A DNA stretch of 64,000 bases from Salpingoeca rosetta (taxonomy: Eukaryota > Protista > Choanoflagellata): assembly GCA_033442325.1 (NCBI GenBank), contig JAWQFM010000001.1:3479413-3543412 (forward strand). The letters run 5' to 3'. The position numbers and the translations under genes are program-made. Under the pieces are notes generated by a model. That model had not been told where the DNA came from and made no database searches. It saw only the letters and a list, made by a program, of their open reading frames with translations. Below are positions 33,819 to 45,285 of the stretch, piece by piece (the stretch's first letter is position 1; every line of letters begins with the position of its first letter).

Positions 33819-35386
33819 TCCCGTCCCCCTATCCATCCCCTCTTCTCGTACAGCGGATGGCTGAGGAAGCCGTGTATCCGCTGAACAAGTCGCTCAACGC
33901 GTCGCAGCTGGGCGCCGTCGCGTTTGCGCTCCAAAGGCCAGATATCGCTGTCATCCACGGGCCCCCAGGTCGGAAGTAGTGGTGGTGATGGTGATGGTGA
34001 TGGTGATGGTGATGGTGATGGTGATGGTGATGGTGATGGTGATGGTGATGGTGGCACTCGTTGTGGCTTGTGTGTGTGTGTGTGTATTGTGTGTGTGTAT
34101 TGTGTGCTAGCGCCCCTCATGTACACACACACACACACACATACATACACACACATACATACATATGCACCCACGCCCACATCTACACATCTACACAGGC
34201 ACGGGCAAGACGACGACGGTGGTTGAGCTGATTCTGCAGCTTGTGAAGCGCGGGCAGAAGGTGCTGGTTGCCGCAGCATCGAACATGGCCGTGGACAACC
34301 TGGTGGAGCGCCTCATTGCCTTCAACGCAAACGTTGTTCGCATCGGCCATCCATCGCGACTGCTCCACTCCGTGAAGGACCACAGCCTTGACAGTCTTCT
34401 CAGCTCTTCCGAGGACATGGACATTGTTCGGTGCGCTTGATGTGACCGTGGGTGATACTTGAAGCGCTGCTTGTAATGTGTTGGAAGTCCCAACGCATGT
34501 GTCGGAGGTTCCAACACACACACACACATACACATACACAGACATACATACACACATGCACGTCAGCTCACGATCTCTGTGCTTTCGGCTTCCCTCAGCG
34601 GCATTTACGAGGAAATTGCGGACATCCGGAACAAACGTCCGTCAAAGCGCCAACCAGGCGCGCGCGCAGCCCAGTTCCAGGCGCAACGCGACATCAAAGA
34701 CCTCCGTGCGTGCATGCGTGCGCGCGCATCAGTGGTTGTTCGTTTGTTTGTTCGCTTGTGTGTGTGTATGTGTGTGTGTTCGTGCGTGCGTGTGTTTGCA
34801 CACTTCGGTCATGTTTCCGGCCTTCTGCATGGCTTCTGACCCTCCAGTGCCCCCTCGTTCGCTTCGCCACCATCAGGGCGCGATGCGCAATCTCGTGAGT
34901 CGCGGCTGCTGCGGCAGATGCTCACGTCCGCCGATGTCGTGTGCGGAACAACGACGACCGTCTGCCCCACTGGCGTCCTCAAGAACATCCCCAAAGGTGA
35001 CCAAACAGCCAACACGGGCTGTCCTGGCTGCTGTTGTTTCGCTGGACATGATTGCTACTCTGCATCAATCATATGTTCGTGTGTGCTTTGGACTCCACAT
35101 CACCTTGCCAGTCCTGCTCTGCATCCATCTGCCGTGCTCACACCCAGCTGTCACAGGCATCTCCACCACCACGTTCATCCTTATTCACACATGTCCACCA
35201 TCCCCCTTTCAGAGCACTTTGACGTCGCTGTTGTGGACGAGGCCGGACAGGCGCTGGAGCCTGCAGCGTGGGCGGCCGTCATGCAGGCCCCAAGGTCCCG
35301 TGGTGGTGGTGGTGGTGGTAGTGTGGTAGTAGTGGCGGTTTCGTGTGGCCAAGTGGGGAAACAAATCCAGTCATTCCAACCCACTT

Positions 35387-35419
<33 letters not shown>

Positions 35420-36611
35420 CACATACACACATACTCACATACACACACACACTCACACACTCACATACACTCCATGTCTTGTTCCCCCAAATTGCGCGCC
35501 CTCCACCCCCCTCAAACCACACATGTACACAACACGGAGCAGGTGCGTCCTTGCTGGCGATCATTTCCAACTGCCACCCACGGTCATGTCTGCAGCGGCA
35601 GTCGCGTCTGGTCTGCCCATAACACTCCTGGAACGCGCCGTCAACATGTTTGGGGACTCTGTCACACGCATGCTGGACACCCAGGTGCAGCAGCGTGGTC
35701 GTTGGAGCTGTTGTTCTCTGCTGCTTTTGGGCTTGGGCTGTGTTGAGCGGGTTGGCGTATCGTTTAGGTTGCTGGCGTCATTGTTGTTGCTGTGCATCGT
35801 CTGCGTGGGCGTTCGTGAGGTTCCTTTGGTCCGTGCTGCTCACGTCAATCACTACCGCCGCCACCGCTACGACCACGCCCATGACAACGACCACCGCCAC
35901 GATGACCTACCTCCGCCATTGTCAGTATCGCATGCACGCTGCGATCCAGTCGTGGTCGTCGGCGCATCTGTACAACTCGCAGCTGCACCCGGCCGACCAG
36001 GTCGCCGCGCACCTCCTAACACAGCTCGATGGCGTCACCGATACAGAGGTGCGGACTGTGCTGGCAGTTGTTGGTGGCCAGCATGGTGTCATGTCAATTT
36101 CGTGTGCTCGCTCGCGTCTCATTGTACTGGGTGACGTCACAGGTTTTCTTCTGTCTGCTTCACACGCCATAACCAAGTATCACCCACTCACCATCACCAA
36201 CCACTACCACCAACCACCAACCACCACTTCAGACGACGCGGGTGCCGCTTGTGTATGTGGACACGGCGGGCAGCGGTGCGCACGAGTCATCCGGGGAAGA
36301 TGATATCTCAAAGTGCAACGAGGTGATGCAAAGGCGCAGCGTGCACTGTTGTGCTGTGTGTGTGTGTATGTGTGTGTGTGTGTGGTAGTTCGTTGTGTGT
36401 GTGTGGTAGTTCGTTGTGTGTGTGTGTGTGGTTGTTTGCCACGTTTGTTGTGTGTGCTCTCTTCAGAGCCACCCTCTCACACGCGTTCCGCTTGTTTTGT
36501 TGGTACCAGGGCGAGGCAATGATCGTGGTTGAGCACGTGTCCTCTCTTCTGTCTGCTGGCGTTCAACCAAAGGATATTGGCGTCATCACCCCATACAACC
36601 TCCAGGTAAAT

Positions 36612-36669
<58 letters not shown>

Positions 36670-37565
36670 GAGCTGCGATGAAGGTTGTGCGCGCCGCCCT
36701 TGCTTTGCCCATAACACACACACATACACACACACATATACACATATACATACATACACACACAAACATACATACACACACATATACACATATCCATACA
36801 TACACACACATACACACATTCACACGCACACACACCACAGGTTGAGAAGGTGCGCGGGCTGCTGAGTGCACACAGCGGCGACGCGTCCGGTGTTGAAGTG
36901 TCATCTGTGGACGGATTCCAGGTGAGCACACGCTGGTGCTGCTGTTGGCCGTCTCCTCACAGCTGCAGGGCCATAGTGCGCGCTTGTTTGCTCATTTTGC
37001 CGCTGTCTTAGTCATTCACCAACACCTGTTGCATGTGTGTGTGTGTGTGTTGTACACGAAGGGTCGGGAGAAAGAGGCGATTGTCATCTCGCTCGTGAGA
37101 TCGAATGATGAGCGGATTGTTGGATTTCTCAGAGACTTCCGCCGCATCAACGTCGCCGTCACCCGCGCAAGGTGCGCTGGCGCGCGCGCGTGTGTGTCTA
37201 TTGTGTGTGTGCGTGTGCATGTGCAATATGTGACATGAACCCGATATGTTGTCTCACATCCCCGTGCTGTTGTTGTCACATTACGCTGTTTGCACCAGGC
37301 GCCACTTGTGCATTGTGGGCGACAGCAACACCATCACTGCTGACGAGCACATGGATTCCTTGGTCAACTATCTCAACGCGCATGCCGTGGTGCGTACCAG
37401 CCTCTCCGATTTGTTTGTTGTCACCTCCAGACATCTTTCTCATTTGTTCCACTCGCTCTCCTGTCACACTCACTGTCTTATCTCCCACACTCACACTCAC
37501 ACTCACACGCACTCTCGCACGCTCACTGCCTTTGTTTCTCTCACTCATGCACGCACACACATTTA

Positions 37566-37605
<40 letters not shown>

Positions 37606-37633
37606 CACACGTACGCACACATACACGCGCACA

Positions 37634-37664
<31 letters not shown>

Positions 37665-38492
37665 CACCACCGCAGCTTCGAACAGTGCATGATTACGACG
37701 AGGCACTGGCTGTTGTTGGCGGCCAGCAGCAGCAGCAACAGGGCAAGAAGGGCAAGAAGCCGAAGAAGACGAAAGCACAAAAGGAGGCAGGAGAGAAGGG
37801 CAAAGCCGCAGATGCGGACAAAGCGGAACAGAATGTGCTGCGACGAGCCCATTTTGAATCGCAGATCACGGCTTTCCTTCGCGGCAAAGCAATCACTCCA
37901 AAGACAGCCATCACAACCACAACCACCACCACCACCACCAGCAGCAGCAGCAGCAGCACCGGCACAGCGCGTTCGACCACGGCTGTCGTGGAGGGAGATG
38001 CGCTGGTGTTTCCGCCGTCTCTATCGTCATATGAGCGCATGCTCGTGCACGACATCTGCAGCGATCGTGGACTTGAGCACGAGAGTACGGGGGAGGGGCG
38101 AGGCAGGCGTGTTGTTGTTCGCCGGCCAATGAAGAAAGGGAAGGGTGATGATGCAGAAGATCAAGGGAAGGAGGCCAGCGCACGTGGTGGTGATGGCGCA
38201 AGTGGTGATGTTGACGATGACGATGATGATGCCGTGGTGAAGAGGCGACTGGGCCGAAGAGCGGTGAAGCAGCAGGCGCCGTCGGTGGAAGTAGGGTGTG
38301 ACCATGTTGGCGACGGTGCTGATGGTGACGATGGCAAGGGCGAGGACGATGGTGCTGTTGCGTCCGCAGGAGCAGCTGGTGCGACCATACGACACATTCT
38401 GGGCGGCGATGAAAGTCAGGAGGAACAGAAGGCCACTGGAGAGAGGGGCGTCAAGCAGCAGTCACGTGATGACGAGCTGACAACCAAAGGCA

Positions 38493-38544
<52 letters not shown>

Positions 38545-38799
38545 AGAAGGGGAGACGGAGATTCAGCGACTGTTGCGAGAGCGACGGGAGCGATTGCAGG
38601 CGGAGCGGGAGGAAAGATTGCAGAAGCAGAAAGAGCAAGCACAGCAGCAGCAGCAGCAGGGCGGGAAGAAGGGGAAGAAGAGCAAGAAGAATCAGCAGAA
38701 GAGCAGTGGTAGCTCTCGCGGATACAAGCTTGGTGGTGCATCGTCGTCGTCATCATCGTCATCAACGCCTGCTGCCACTGCACGGCGACGGCAGCAGGT

Positions 38800-38836
<37 letters not shown>

Positions 38837-38888
38837 ATTGCGCCGTGCGAACACTTGCACTCGGTTGTTTCTCCTTCACTCACATATG

Positions 38889-38953
<65 letters not shown>

Positions 38954-39576
38954 GCGCGCGCGCAGGGCGGTGCTGTGGATGTGGATGCGCTCGCTGCTGC
39001 AATTGAGGACCCCAACATGATGCAATCCGACCTGGATCGCATGCTTCCGCACGAGAACCGCGTGCAGCGAAACCCATTTATCGACGCCGCTGCGTACGTG
39101 CGTGCAGGCAACATTGAGCGCGGGCCCAAGCGCCATCCAACCAAGGCCGACGTCAAGCGCGACCAACTCAAGAAGTGCGTCCTTCATGCACGTGTGACCG
39201 TGTGAACTGTATGGTGCGCACACGATACATTTTCCTCAATTTAATTGATCATGACCTCAGCTGTCAGAGTTTGGACGTTTGTCTCATCAACCCCTTGCCA
39301 CCCGCCCACACTAAAACAGTACTTCTTTCTCCCTCGCTGACATTTACGTATTCCTGTGCTTGTACTTGTTGTATCCCTTGCTATGTGTATCTGTGTGTGT
39401 GTGTGTGTGTGCTTGTGTATCTCAACAACAGGAAACTGCAGCAGAACATTGGCGCCAAGTCCTCCACGCGAAAGCCAAAGGAACCACAGCAGGGAACCAG
39501 CAGTGGCACTGGTGGAAGTAGCGGCAGTAGTCGTGGTGGTAAGAGGGGCAGAGGCCGGGGAAGGAGGAGGAAGTGA
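31928..39576 (+). CDS. IGHMBP2: SF1 Upf1-like helicase IGHMBP2/SMUBP-2 with an R3H domain; spans an assembly gap
   Basis: IHGPPG|[74 protein letters not shown]3[27 protein letters not shown]. Confidence 0.93.
33648..33747. other. Assembly gap (100 N)
   Basis: N run. Confidence 1.
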
Positions 39577-39869
39577 AGCTGATGGGGAGGTGGATGAAGG
39601 TGCCGCGACGATGAAGCAACGTGTCGTAGTTGCGTGTATTTGCAAGGTAGCGAGGAGAGGGAACACAGTCAAAGAGTAACACAGCGACCAACTGTTGGGC
39701 ACTGTGCTAAATCCAACGCATACATAACTAACGGACGAACGAGCAAGCAGGAACCCGGGTGCAAGGTTGGCGCATAAAACAAACACAGAAAGAGCAAGTA
39801 AAAGGGGGGATGGGGGATGGAACCAACAGACATCATCAGGTAGGGAGGGGGTGGAACAGGTGTGGTCGC

Positions 39870-39900
<31 letters not shown>

Positions 39901-39907
39901 GCAGCAG

Positions 39908-39959
39908 CAACAGCAGCAGCAGCAGCATCCAACACTCAGCGTCAACACATAACGATCAC
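39908..39959 (+). repeat. Left copy of a 52-bp direct repeat (preceded by a CAA/CAG tract)
   Basis: caacagcagcagcagcagcatccaacactcagcgtcaacacataacgatcac, identical to 43228-43279. Confidence 0.95.
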
Positions 39960-40085
39960 CATCTTATCACGACAAGACACAATGGCGAGGAGCGAGGAAC
40001 ACGATTGGCAACACCACGCCATGTTCTTGGAAGCTTTGTTATGAAGCACTTGCGCGTGGGCACTCGACATGACGTCACGCAACAT

Positions 40086-40189
40086 GCGACATTACACACC
40101 ACAAGTGTGAGAAGTCATACGCTAGACCGTACGACATTCCACGCCACAGGTGTGAGATGTCATACGCTAGACCGTGCGACATTACACGC
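40086..40189 (+). repeat. 45-bp tandem repeat, ~2.3 copies
   Basis: gcgacattacacaccacaagtgtgagaagtcatacgctagaccgt / acgacattccacgccacaggtgtgagatgtcatacgctagaccgt / gcgacattacacgc. Confidence 0.9.
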
Positions 40190-40391
40190 GCGCAATTTGC
40201 AACGAGTGAAGGACATATTTGACGGAGCGCAAAGTCGGGTCCTTTTTCTCCATCAAAAGTGCCTTTTTCTCCAATACTTCGTCTGCCCTTGTAACCCATC
40301 CCCCCAGTCCCTCTTGCTGCGCCCGTTTTTGATCTTGTCGCTAACAGTAACTCGCTTCTCTCTCCTCCTTCTTTCTTCCCCAAGGGTAGAC

Positions 40392-42578
40392 ATGACGTCG
40401 ACGGTGCTGTTCGTGGGCGGGGTCATCGAGGACGACGACCACATTGTGTATCGTGTCGATGCTGACAAAAGCGAGACCGCCGAGACGCCGGCGCGTCGAG
40501 CGAAGCCGTCGCCATCCCCTTCAGAGGGTGAGGCACTGGAGGTCCGACTCAGGCCCCTTGCCAACCTCATCAGCACGCTGCCGTTGCCAGACCTCAAGGC
40601 CTTTGCCAAGGCGGGCCTCACAGGCGATGTTGCGCATGCCCGCACACTTCTCGCAAAGGCGCACGATCCCGCCGTGCATGCCCAGGCTCCGCTGGACGCA
40701 GCCCTCGCAGCACTTCGCGCGTGCGCTCTTGAAGCTGACACCGTTGTCACCGTGGGCTCCAGCCTCGTGACCATGCAGTCGCTGGAGCCTGGCCTGGCGA
40801 ATGAGATGGTGGACGTTCTCTGCACGCGTACCTTGTACACTATCCTCGCGCAGAACCTGCTAGCCGCATACATCAACGTTGTGACGGGCGCTGTCCTGTC
40901 CACGAGCGTGTTCCACGCCATGCTCAAGCCGCCAGCGTCACAGTCCAAAGCAGCCGTTCCGCAGAGCCAGCTTGAGGCCCGCGTGACCTTCTTTTTGGCC
41001 AAGGACGTCAAGCACGGATCGCAGGGTGCCAAGTTTGCCAAGCATACGCAAGCAGCACTGCACTTTCTCGACGAGGAGGGCTGGCAGATTCCAGCGCGCC
41101 TTGTCTTCTACTACGTGAATGAAGAGCCCCTGAAACTACCGCAACTCTTTAGCGGCTGGCGCGACATGGACGCAGGCGTCGCTCAGGCGTGGGCAAGGCA
41201 TGCGCTGCATCACGTCAAGCCCGCCGCCCTCCAGGCCGGGCTGAAGCAACAAGACGGACTCAGCTTTGCTGTGGCTGACTCACGCACCCGCGTCTTCGTG
41301 CTTGCTTCGTGGGATACCACTCTGCATGCAAAGGCCAAGGAAGTGCTGGCCGGCATGCCGTCGCAGACCATGTTGGGCCAGGAATGGTCCGAGGCCGTGG
41401 TGCCGCCCGTTCCCTCTGCGCCTGTCGGTCTAGAACGGGCACAAACCGTCTCGTCGTTTCGCGTCCGCAGCCCTCCCGTTCCCAAGCCGGCCCTGAAACC
41501 TGCAGAGGCGGCACGGTTGGCGCGGCTGTGCTCCGTGTTGCGCGATTGGAGGGACCGCAACTTCGTGGAGACCACGGGACAACTGGACAGCCGCAGCTAC
41601 GTTGGCCAGGCGCGAACACTGCTCTTTGAGCGCTTGCGCGAAGTTCCCGACGATGGGCAAGACGCTGCCACCCGGCTGTGCGACATTGGCGTCGCGGAAG
41701 GGCCTGTGACCAAGCCTCTGTTCGACATGGTCCGGCTGCTGGACGAAGTGGGCATGTGGGGTGGGAGGTCGCTGGCGCACTGTCTGTGGTCCTTCCTCCT
41801 CGCCCTCTGGCGGCCCAGCGTGTTGTTGACCCCGCTGGGTGATTCAGACGACCGCACGCCCATGGAAGTCGGCAGCTGCGTGGAGGTGCATGGCGAAGCC
41901 GCAAGCGGGCGCTACGTCAAGGTCTTTGCGGAGACAAGTGAGTCCCTCGGGCGCAAGACAGACGGCAATTTTATCGAAGACGGTATCGATGCCCTGTTGC
42001 CTCCCAAGCCTGACGGATGCCTGCGACTCTACCATGCGACGAGCCTTAACAGCGTAACAAACATTGTGAGATGTGGCATTAACCTCAACATGTGCCTCGA
42101 CACATCCGACTTTGGCAAGGGCTTCTACATGACGCCCAACATCGACTGTGCCGTGCACTTCCTTGTTACGGAGGCGCCCCCGGAAAACCATCATCACCCG
42201 CGCGCGCTGCTGGTTGTGGATGTTGACCAGACTGGCGTCGACGCCATGCCAGAGCTGCCAGAGCTGCGCGATGGTGGCGCGATCTGGGAATCAGTGGTCA
42301 GCACCATGCGAGGGCAGCTTGCTGACAACGCGGTTGAGCCACTCTCTGACCAGCTGGCTGAGAGGCTTGACGCAGCTTCGGTGCTGGTTGGGCCCCTCAC
42401 AACACGGCAAGAAGGGCGCCGCCACTTGGGTCCGATGAACGATACTGCAGTCAGCTGGGAGCAACGTGCCTTTGTCAAAAGGCGCTCGTGCCGTCTGGTG
42501 GACCCGTCCCGCTATCTTGCTGGGATCGAGGACACGCTAGTCCGGGCTCTTCACGTTGTGCGCTTGCTTCCAGCCTAA
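40392..42578 (+). CDS. Intronless 728-aa protein with a C-terminal DUF3990-like (ADP-ribosyltransferase-fold) domain
   Basis: Long GC-rich ORF from ATG 40392. LYHATS..IVRCGINLNMCLDTSDFGKGFYMTPNIDCA fits the YHG/T..DFGxGFYxT signature. N-terminal ~540 aa not recognised. Confidence 0.75.
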   Translation: MTSTVLFVGGVIEDDDHIVYRVDADKSETAETPARRAKPSPSPSEGEALEVRLRPLANLISTLPLPDLKAFAKAGLTGDVAHARTLLAKAHDPAVHAQAPLDAALAALRACALEADTVVTVGSSLVTMQSLEPGLANEMVDVLCTRTLYTILAQNLLAAYINVVTGAVLSTSVFHAMLKPPASQSKAAVPQSQLEARVTFFLAKDVKHGSQGAKFAKHTQAALHFLDEEGWQIPARLVFYYVNEEPLKLPQLFSGWRDMDAGVAQAWARHALHHVKPAALQAGLKQQDGLSFAVADSRTRVFVLASWDTTLHAKAKEVLAGMPSQTMLGQEWSEAVVPPVPSAPVGLERAQTVSSFRVRSPPVPKPALKPAEAARLARLCSVLRDWRDRNFVETTGQLDSRSYVGQARTLLFERLREVPDDGQDAATRLCDIGVAEGPVTKPLFDMVRLLDEVGMWGGRSLAHCLWSFLLALWRPSVLLTPLGDSDDRTPMEVGSCVEVHGEAASGRYVKVFAETSESLGRKTDGNFIEDGIDALLPPKPDGCLRLYHATSLNSVTNIVRCGINLNMCLDTSDFGKGFYMTPNIDCAVHFLVTEAPPENHHHPRALLVVDVDQTGVDAMPELPELRDGGAIWESVVSTMRGQLADNAVEPLSDQLAERLDAASVLVGPLTTRQEGRRHLGPMNDTAVSWEQRAFVKRRSCRLVDPSRYLAGIEDTLVRALHVVRLLPA

Positions 42579-42958
42579 GCTGAAGGGGGGGGGGGAGGAG
42601 TAAGGGGAAGGGCGCATTAATGACACGGAGAGGCTTTGTTTCACTGAAGGGGCTGGACAGTTCCTTCGACCATGTACGTTCTTACGTTGCACTGTTGGAC
42701 TACTGTTTGTTGTTTCACTTTGATTGAGATGTGGATGTTGGAGTATGTATACTGATGCATGCGTGGGCAAATGTAACGAGACACCACGAGTCAACACTCG
42801 ATGACTGGTAATCCATTTGCACGTCACCAAGTCATCGTATTCTTGACTTGGAACGTCGTGTTCTGCATTCTCGGCACCTTGTTCGTGTTAATCGTTGTCA
42901 TGTATCTGAGTCACCAACAATGCGGTTGTGTTTGAACAGACGCGCATGCGGTTTCAAT

Positions 42959-43046
<88 letters not shown>

Positions 43047-43146
43047 NNNNNNNNNNNNNNNNNNNNNNNNNNNNNNNNNNNNNNNNNNNNNNNNNNNNNN
43101 NNNNNNNNNNNNNNNNNNNNNNNNNNNNNNNNNNNNNNNNNNNNNN
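43047..43146. other. Assembly gap (100 N)
   Basis: N run. Confidence 1.
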
Positions 43147-43174
43147 CAACAAGAACAACAACAAGAACAACAAG

Positions 43175-43227
<53 letters not shown>

Positions 43228-43232
<5 letters not shown>

Positions 43233-43279
43233 GCAGCAGCAGCAGCATCCAACACTCAGCGTCAACACATAACGATCAC
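43228..43279 (+). repeat. Right copy of the 52-bp direct repeat (preceded by a CAA tract)
   Basis: Identical to 39908-39959. Confidence 0.95.
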
Positions 43280-43493
43280 ATGCAAGCCTACTCCACTCAT
43301 AACCTCATAACCTCAAACAAGTGACGAGGTGACGACAAGCGTGTTCGTATGCATGAACAACAACGACGAAGCGGCAAAGACAACAACAAACAGCGATGAT
43401 GTGGGTGCCGATTAAGATGAAGAAACTGGCACTGGCAGAGACAAAGCCAGAGGCAACGACAAAGACCAACGACAAATAACACAGACGGCGAGA

Positions 43494-45035
43494 CTAGTTG
43501 AGGGCACTGTAGTCACTGCGCGACCGGCGGAACATGCGGTAGAGAACAGCAAGGCCGATGCACGCGAGCGCAACGGTGACGGTGACGCCAGCAACGATGC
43601 CTGCCTTTGGGATGAGCCGAGTGGCGCCTGGGCCTTGCTCCTCCGTTGCATCGTGCAGCAGGAAGCCAAGCGTCCAGCCAACATCCCGCCCGTTGACCTC
43701 CGACACAAACTCAATCTGCTTCGAGTCCTGACCAAACTCGTAACCGTGGGTGAGGATGGTGTTGACGTAGTGGCCCTGGAAGCAGTAGTCCATGAGGAAC
43801 TTGTCTGGGATAGTCGGCGATTCTCTCCGCAACTGCTGCGCCGTCTCTGCGCACACGCTGTCTGCTGCTGCGACAATGGCCGATGGCGGCATGTGCCACC
43901 CGCTGTTTTCGCCCGCCGTGCACCCGGGCAGACCTTTGGTGGAGCACAGGAAGTCAATCACGTAGTAGTAGCCCGAGAAGGCGAAGAAGCGCTGGTCGGG
44001 GACGGCGGGCTGGCCCGTGCCCATGCGAGGCGGCAAGCCGTCGTCAAGCAGCAGCGCCGTCTGCTGCTGGCACGCGGTGGTGTCCGAGGTGCCCTGCAGT
44101 GTGGCGGTGAGGATGGTGTCGTCAAAGTGGATGGTGTTGGAGCAGTAGTCCGACCGCAAGAAGGCAATGTCGTCCTGCGTGAGGTTGGTGGCAAACCCGG
44201 TTGGAAGGCACGGGTAGTCGACGGTGACGTGCGGGCCTTTGCTCGTTGCCTGTTGCAGCGCCGTAGCGTGCATGCGCTGGCGGGCCGCGTTCATGCCGTA
44301 GCACAGGTACGAGTGCGTGTACAGGTAGTAGTCGTTGCCAAAGAGGTGCAGGTGCAGCTGGTCCTCTGGGGAGAGCTTTGAGTACGTGCTCGGGTCGTCA
44401 AAGGTGATTTGTGTGGATGCACCGCCCAGGTCGAGGGCGCCCGCCGTGGTGTCGTGCTGCTTGGACTTGTGCGTGGGCAGGATTTGGTCGGCGACGTAGT
44501 TGGTGGTGATCCAACCAAACCCACCCTCGAGCGAGCCTGGCAAGATGATGGCGGAGGAGCGGGCGCCGTCGAGCGTGGAGTTGCGGAAAAGCTGCTCGCA
44601 GGCGTCCAGGATGGCCTGCGCCTTGGCGGGGTCGTTGTTGTGCATGACGCGCATGCCCGCGGTGGAGCGGAGGTAGATTGGGGTCGTGGGGCGGGCGTTC
44701 TCCGGAAGCGCGGCGGCGGCCTTGCGCAGGCAGTCTGCCAGGGAGTTTGCGCTGTCCTGTGGGGTGTCGTACATGCTAATGCCTTTGTCCGTGGAGCACG
44801 AGAACTTGACCTGGTTGACTCGGGGCACCTCGTACACCTCGGTGCTGACGTTGGCCCTCGTGGGCCGCCACGTGTAGATGAGGAATTCCGAGTGGGAGGA
44901 GCCTGCGTCGACGACGACGGCGTACTCGTACTGTGGCTGCTTCTTCATTGCGCTGTAGCCAATGACCACGGCAAGGGCAACGACGCTCAGCAGCGTCACC
45001 GCCACCGCCGCAAACGCACCCCGCGTCCACTTCAT
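43494..45035 (-). CDS. ENTPD: Ecto-NTPDase/apyrase (GDA1/CD39 family), N- and C-terminal TM helices, intronless, 513 aa
   Basis: ACR1 DAGSSHS, ACR2 STAGMR, ACR3 EGGFGWITTNY, ACR4 DLGGASTQI, ACR5 WTLG; LYTHSYLCYG. Confidence 0.95.
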   Translation of the reverse strand: MKWTRGAFAAVAVTLLSVVALAVVIGYSAMKKQPQYEYAVVVDAGSSHSEFLIYTWRPTRANVSTEVYEVPRVNQVKFSCSTDKGISMYDTPQDSANSLADCLRKAAAALPENARPTTPIYLRSTAGMRVMHNNDPAKAQAILDACEQLFRNSTLDGARSSAIILPGSLEGGFGWITTNYVADQILPTHKSKQHDTTAGALDLGGASTQITFDDPSTYSKLSPEDQLHLHLFGNDYYLYTHSYLCYGMNAARQRMHATALQQATSKGPHVTVDYPCLPTGFATNLTQDDIAFLRSDYCSNTIHFDDTILTATLQGTSDTTACQQQTALLLDDGLPPRMGTGQPAVPDQRFFAFSGYYYVIDFLCSTKGLPGCTAGENSGWHMPPSAIVAAADSVCAETAQQLRRESPTIPDKFLMDYCFQGHYVNTILTHGYEFGQDSKQIEFVSEVNGRDVGWTLGFLLHDATEEQGPGATRLIPKAGIVAGVTVTVALACIGLAVLYRMFRRSRSDYSALN

Positions 45036-45285
45036 GGCTGGAGTTGTGTGTGTGTGTGTGAGTGTATATGCGTGCGTATGTGTGTATGTGTGCTTGAGTG
45101 TGTGTGCGTGTGCTTGAGTGTGTGTGTGTGTGTGTGTCAGTGAGGAGGAGAAGACAAGAGATGCGGTCAAACACAGAGATGAAGAGCACCAGCGCTTCCC
45201 GCAGGACCAGCAAGCACAAGCCCCAGTGCGATTGTTGGCGATTGGTGAATGTTTTCAAGCACTTTTCTTGCGGCAACAGCTGAGG

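Larger units (their letters stand above)
39960..43046 (+). mobile_element. Putative inserted element/retroposed cassette carrying an ART-like ORF
   Basis: Bracketed by a direct repeat, 5' 45-bp tandem repeats, single intronless ORF, no internal (CA)n tracts, 3' (TG)n tail. No transposase or RT recognised. Confidence 0.5.

Noticed and set aside
40086-40189. CRISPR-like array
   Set aside because: The units are contiguous tandem copies without unique spacers, and there are no cas genes.
39759-40391. N-terminal 211-aa extension of the 939-aa ORF
   Set aside because: It starts at a non-ATG codon and crosses the CAA/CAG tract, the direct repeat and the tandem repeats. ATG 40392 is the more plausible start.
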